Shown: positions 16,855 to 19,510 of the stretch, piece after piece
How positions within the stretch are numbered: position 1 is the first letter of the stretch
Layout: the number at the start of each line of letters is the position of its first letter
DNA from: Campylobacterota bacterium
GTDB lineage: Bacteria > Campylobacterota > Campylobacteria > Campylobacterales > Arcobacteraceae
Assembly: GCA_051746405.1 (NCBI GenBank)
Contig: JBNJFB010000045.1
Location: 1 to 19,510 of the forward strand
Length of the DNA stretch: 19,510 nucleotides
Direction of reading: 5' to 3'
Translations under genes and position numbers: made by a program
Notes under the pieces: generated by a model
Told to the model about the DNA's origin: nothing
What the model saw: only the letters and a program-made list of their open reading frames with translations
Database searches by the model: none

Positions 16855-17447
16855 TTTGCCTCCTTATTATCTTCATTTGCTAAAGCTTCTTCTTGTGCTG
16901 CTATTTTTGCATCGATTTCATCTTCTGGCATCTCTGAATATGACTCATTCATTTTTTTACTTGCTAGTACAATTCCACCAATCATAGCTACAAGCAACAT
17001 AATACCTGCAAGCTCAAATGGAACTAAATATTTTGTAAATAGTAACAGCCCGATATCTCTTGAGTTTCCATACTCAGGATTAACTGGATACTGAGCTTGT
17101 ACATTCTCTCCAATAACAGGTGCCATAAAAATAACAACTAAAATTAAAGCTACCAAACCAGAGAGTAAAAAAACTAATCTTGGATTATTTATTTTCTCTT
17201 TTACAGTTGATAGTGAATCAAAAAACATCATACCAAAGGCATAAAGTGACATAACTGCACCTGTGTAAACTACAATTTGAACTGCTCCTAAGAAATCTGC
17301 ATTTAGTAAAAAGAAGAAAGCCGAAATAAAAATCATTCCTGCTGCTAATGCACTAATTGCATAAAGGGCATTATTTGTAAGCACTGTAATACTAAACATT
17401 GAAATAGTAAGTACAGCAAATATAATAAAAGCTACTGTTTCAAACAT
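16851..17447 (-). CDS. nuoJ: Complex I subunit J
   Basis: ADFLGAVQIVVYTGAVM and LFTKYLVPFELAGIMLLVAMIG. Confidence 0.96.
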   Translation of the reverse strand: MFETVAFIIFAVLTISMFSITVLTNNALYAISALAAGMIFISAFFFLLNADFLGAVQIVVYTGAVMSLYAFGMMFFDSLSTVKEKINNPRLVFLLSGLVALILVVIFMAPVIGENVQAQYPVNPEYGNSRDIGLLLFTKYLVPFELAGIMLLVAMIGGIVLASKKMNESYSEMPEDEIDAKIAAQEEALANEDNKEAK

Positions 17448-17456
17448 CCAGGCTCC

Positions 17457-18077
17457 TTAGTATGAAAGTGGTGTTTTTTTGATTTTTTCATCAGCATCTC
17501 TTGATACTGAACCATAACCTGCAAACTCTGTTTGCTGATTTAACTGCTCATAAGGTGTTAAAATATCCTCTTTTAATGAGAAGTGTGCTCTTTGCTCTGA
17601 TGCATTTTCATATCTTCCACCATGAACAATAGCAAGCTCTGGACAAACTTCCGCACAATAACCACAGAAAATACATCTTCCCATATTAATTGTATATTCA
17701 CTAACTGCTTTTCTAGAGTTTTCATCAATTTTAGTTTCCATTCTAATACAGTTTGAAATACAGATTTTCTCACATAAACCACATCCAATACATCTCTCTT
17801 CTCCTGATTCTAGCAATACAAGTAGTTTATGAACTGCTCTATATCTTGGACCTATTGGTAGTTTCTCTTTTGGATACTGTACAGTTGCCATCTCACCTTT
17901 AAATAAAGCCCCTGTCATCATCTTAAATGTGATTTTTAAACCTGTTAGTAACTCACCTTTAACTGATCGTGATAAAACTTGTTTAAAAGACTCCCACGAT
18001 GTTTTAGGATAATTATCTTCTTGCACTGTTACATAATCTTCTGATATATTTCTATTTTTAAACTCTTTAAAACTCAT
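17457..18077 (-). CDS. nuoI: Complex I subunit I (2x[4Fe-4S]); likely start is the ATG at 18077 rather than 18089
   Basis: TVQYPKEK, CIGCGLCEKIC and CIFCGYCAEVCP. The ATG at 18077 lies 2 bp after the nuoH stop and follows a GGGGG RBS-like run, which avoids an overlap with nuoH. Confidence 0.95.
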   Translation of the reverse strand: MSFKEFKNRNISEDYVTVQEDNYPKTSWESFKQVLSRSVKGELLTGLKITFKMMTGALFKGEMATVQYPKEKLPIGPRYRAVHKLLVLLESGEERCIGCGLCEKICISNCIRMETKIDENSRKAVSEYTINMGRCIFCGYCAEVCPELAIVHGGRYENASEQRAHFSLKEDILTPYEQLNQQTEFAGYGSVSRDADEKIKKTPLSY

Positions 18078-18079
18078 AA

Positions 18080-19078
18080 TTACCCCCAAATCATTATAAA
18101 TAATCCAGTAGCTAATACATTAAGTACTGCTAGAGGCATTAGTATTTTCCAACATAACCACATTAACTGATCAGGTCTAATGTGAGGCCATGCTGCCCTT
18201 GTCCATAAGAATACAAAGATTAAGAACATTACTTTTAAAATAATTGCTAACCCACCTGGAATAAACCATAATGGCTCAAAACCACCTAAGAAAATAAGTG
18301 AAATTAAAAATGAGATTGTAAATAAGTTTGCATACTCACCAATAAAGAACATACCCCATCTCATACCTGAATACTCCGTTGCATAACCTGCAACTAACTC
18401 TGCTTCATGCTCTAGTAAGTCAAATGGCGTTCTATTCGTCTCTGCAAAACCTGCAATTACAAATAGTATAAATGCTAATGGTTGATACCAAACAATCCAG
18501 TTTGAAACTCCACCTGCTTGGTAGTTATTTATATCAATAAGTGAAAGTGACCCAATCATCATAATTGGTGCAAGTAGTGCAAGCCCTGATACAATCTCAT
18601 AAGAAAGCATCTGAATTGCAGTTCTAGCCCCACCTATTAATGCCCATTTATTAGCACTACTCATACCACCTAAAAGTGGTCCATAAAGTCCAATTGCACC
18701 AACAGACATTACAAATAAAACCCCTACGTTAATATCACTAATAATAGGTCTTACTGTATATCCGAACATCTCAAATTCAGGGAAAAAAGGAATAGCACTC
18801 ATTGCAATAAATGCAGTTGCAGCTGTAATTAAAGGTGCAATCATAAAAATAGGTTTATTTGCATTTGCAGGGATAAAGTCCTCTTTTGTAAACAACTTAA
18901 TACCATCTGCTGCAATTTGTAAAAGTCCATAAGGCCCAACATTTGTAGGCCCTAATCTTCTTTGCATAAATGCTAAAATCTTTCTTTCTAAATAAGTTGT
19001 AAATCCTGCTAATACAGAAAATACTAAAAGAACTGCGAAAACCTTTATTATTGTCTCTATAATAATCGAAGTATCCAT
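18080..19078 (-). CDS. nuoH: Complex I subunit H
   Basis: ERKILAFMQRRLGP, ADGIKLFTKED, QMLSYE, AETNRTPFDLLEHEAELVAGYATEYSG and IRPDQLM. Confidence 0.98.
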   Translation of the reverse strand: MDTSIIIETIIKVFAVLLVFSVLAGFTTYLERKILAFMQRRLGPTNVGPYGLLQIAADGIKLFTKEDFIPANANKPIFMIAPLITAATAFIAMSAIPFFPEFEMFGYTVRPIISDINVGVLFVMSVGAIGLYGPLLGGMSSANKWALIGGARTAIQMLSYEIVSGLALLAPIMMIGSLSLIDINNYQAGGVSNWIVWYQPLAFILFVIAGFAETNRTPFDLLEHEAELVAGYATEYSGMRWGMFFIGEYANLFTISFLISLIFLGGFEPLWFIPGGLAIILKVMFLIFVFLWTRAAWPHIRPDQLMWLCWKILMPLAVLNVLATGLFIMIWG

Positions 19079-19079
19079 T

Positions 19080-19508
19080 TTATGCCTTTGTCACTTTTGC
19101 TTTATTATATCTATATGTATCAAATAAAGCTTCTGAACTTGAGTTCTTTAAGAAAGTAGATACATAAGCTATATTACCATTGATTTGGTTATCTTCATAC
19201 GCTTGTAACTCTAGTGTTTGATTATTTGCTTCAACTTGAACCTTATCACCATTTTGTAACTCTAATTCTTTAAACTTTGAAGGTGAGAAGAAAATACCTG
19301 CTTGAAGCTTATTTTTAAACTCATGGGCAATTGCAGTGAACTCATTGAATTGATTAATTGGATTAGCTCTATAGATAATAGTCTCTTCATCATTTACTTC
19401 AAGTTTACTAGTTGTAGAAACACTCACCTCATCACTTACTTCAACTTCGCAAGCTTCAATATCATAACCTCTATATTCAACTTTATTATTTCCAAACTCA
19501 TTTGGAAG
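19080..19508 (-). CDS. nuoG: Complex I subunit G, C-terminal part (5'-truncated by the window edge)
   Basis: The frame is open to the window end (LPNEFGNNKVEYRGYDI...IYRANPINQFNEFT...LELQNGDKVQV). It resembles the Campylobacterota NuoG C-terminal molybdopterin-dinucleotide-binding-like region and lies 1 bp upstream of nuoH. Confidence 0.85.
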   Translation of the reverse strand, partial: LPNEFGNNKVEYRGYDIEACEVEVSDEVSVSTTSKLEVNDEETIIYRANPINQFNEFTAIAHEFKNKLQAGIFFSPSKFKELELQNGDKVQVEANNQTLELQAYEDNQINGNIAYVSTFLKNSSSEALFDTYRYNKAKVTKA

Positions 19509-19510
19509 TG

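Noticed and set aside
17573..17788. 71-aa same-strand alternative-frame ORF in nuoI
   Set aside because: Out-of-frame overlap with the Fe-S motif region of an intact gene, with no frameshift evidence.
18078..18089. Longer nuoI start (TTG at 18089) from the ORF track
   Set aside because: It overlaps the nuoH end. The ATG at 18077 has a better RBS and spacing.
1..19510. CRISPR arrays, tRNA/rRNA, riboswitches, IS elements, prophage or defence genes
   Set aside because: None seen. The largest intergenic gap is 156 bp and is explained by a terminator and promoter. No repeat-spacer pattern or transposase/integrase motif was found.

Overview
AT-rich, almost fully coding window from a Campylobacterota chromosome. 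Gene style and order point to Arcobacteraceae, which is an inference. Left end (+): the tail of a probable surface-glycan locus (5'-truncated class I SAM methyltransferase and a DUF354 GT-B-fold gene), a small very basic hypothetical ORF, then recA, eno, an FtsB/DivIC-like gene and an AMIN-domain secreted protein. The rest is on the - strand and converges on these: the distal complex I operon (nuoG 3' end, nuoH-I-J-K-L-M-N), mqnD, murB, topA, bioB and a CPA2 cation:proton antiporter. I see no mobile element, CRISPR array, RNA gene or defence system, and I cannot support a new multi-gene system here. The most notable points are at residue and regulatory level. BioB appears to have a remodelled auxiliary Fe-S ligand set. 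TopA is zinc-free with a Lys/Thr repeat tail. NuoM has a Glu next to its conserved Lys. recA and eno look transcriptionally uncoupled.
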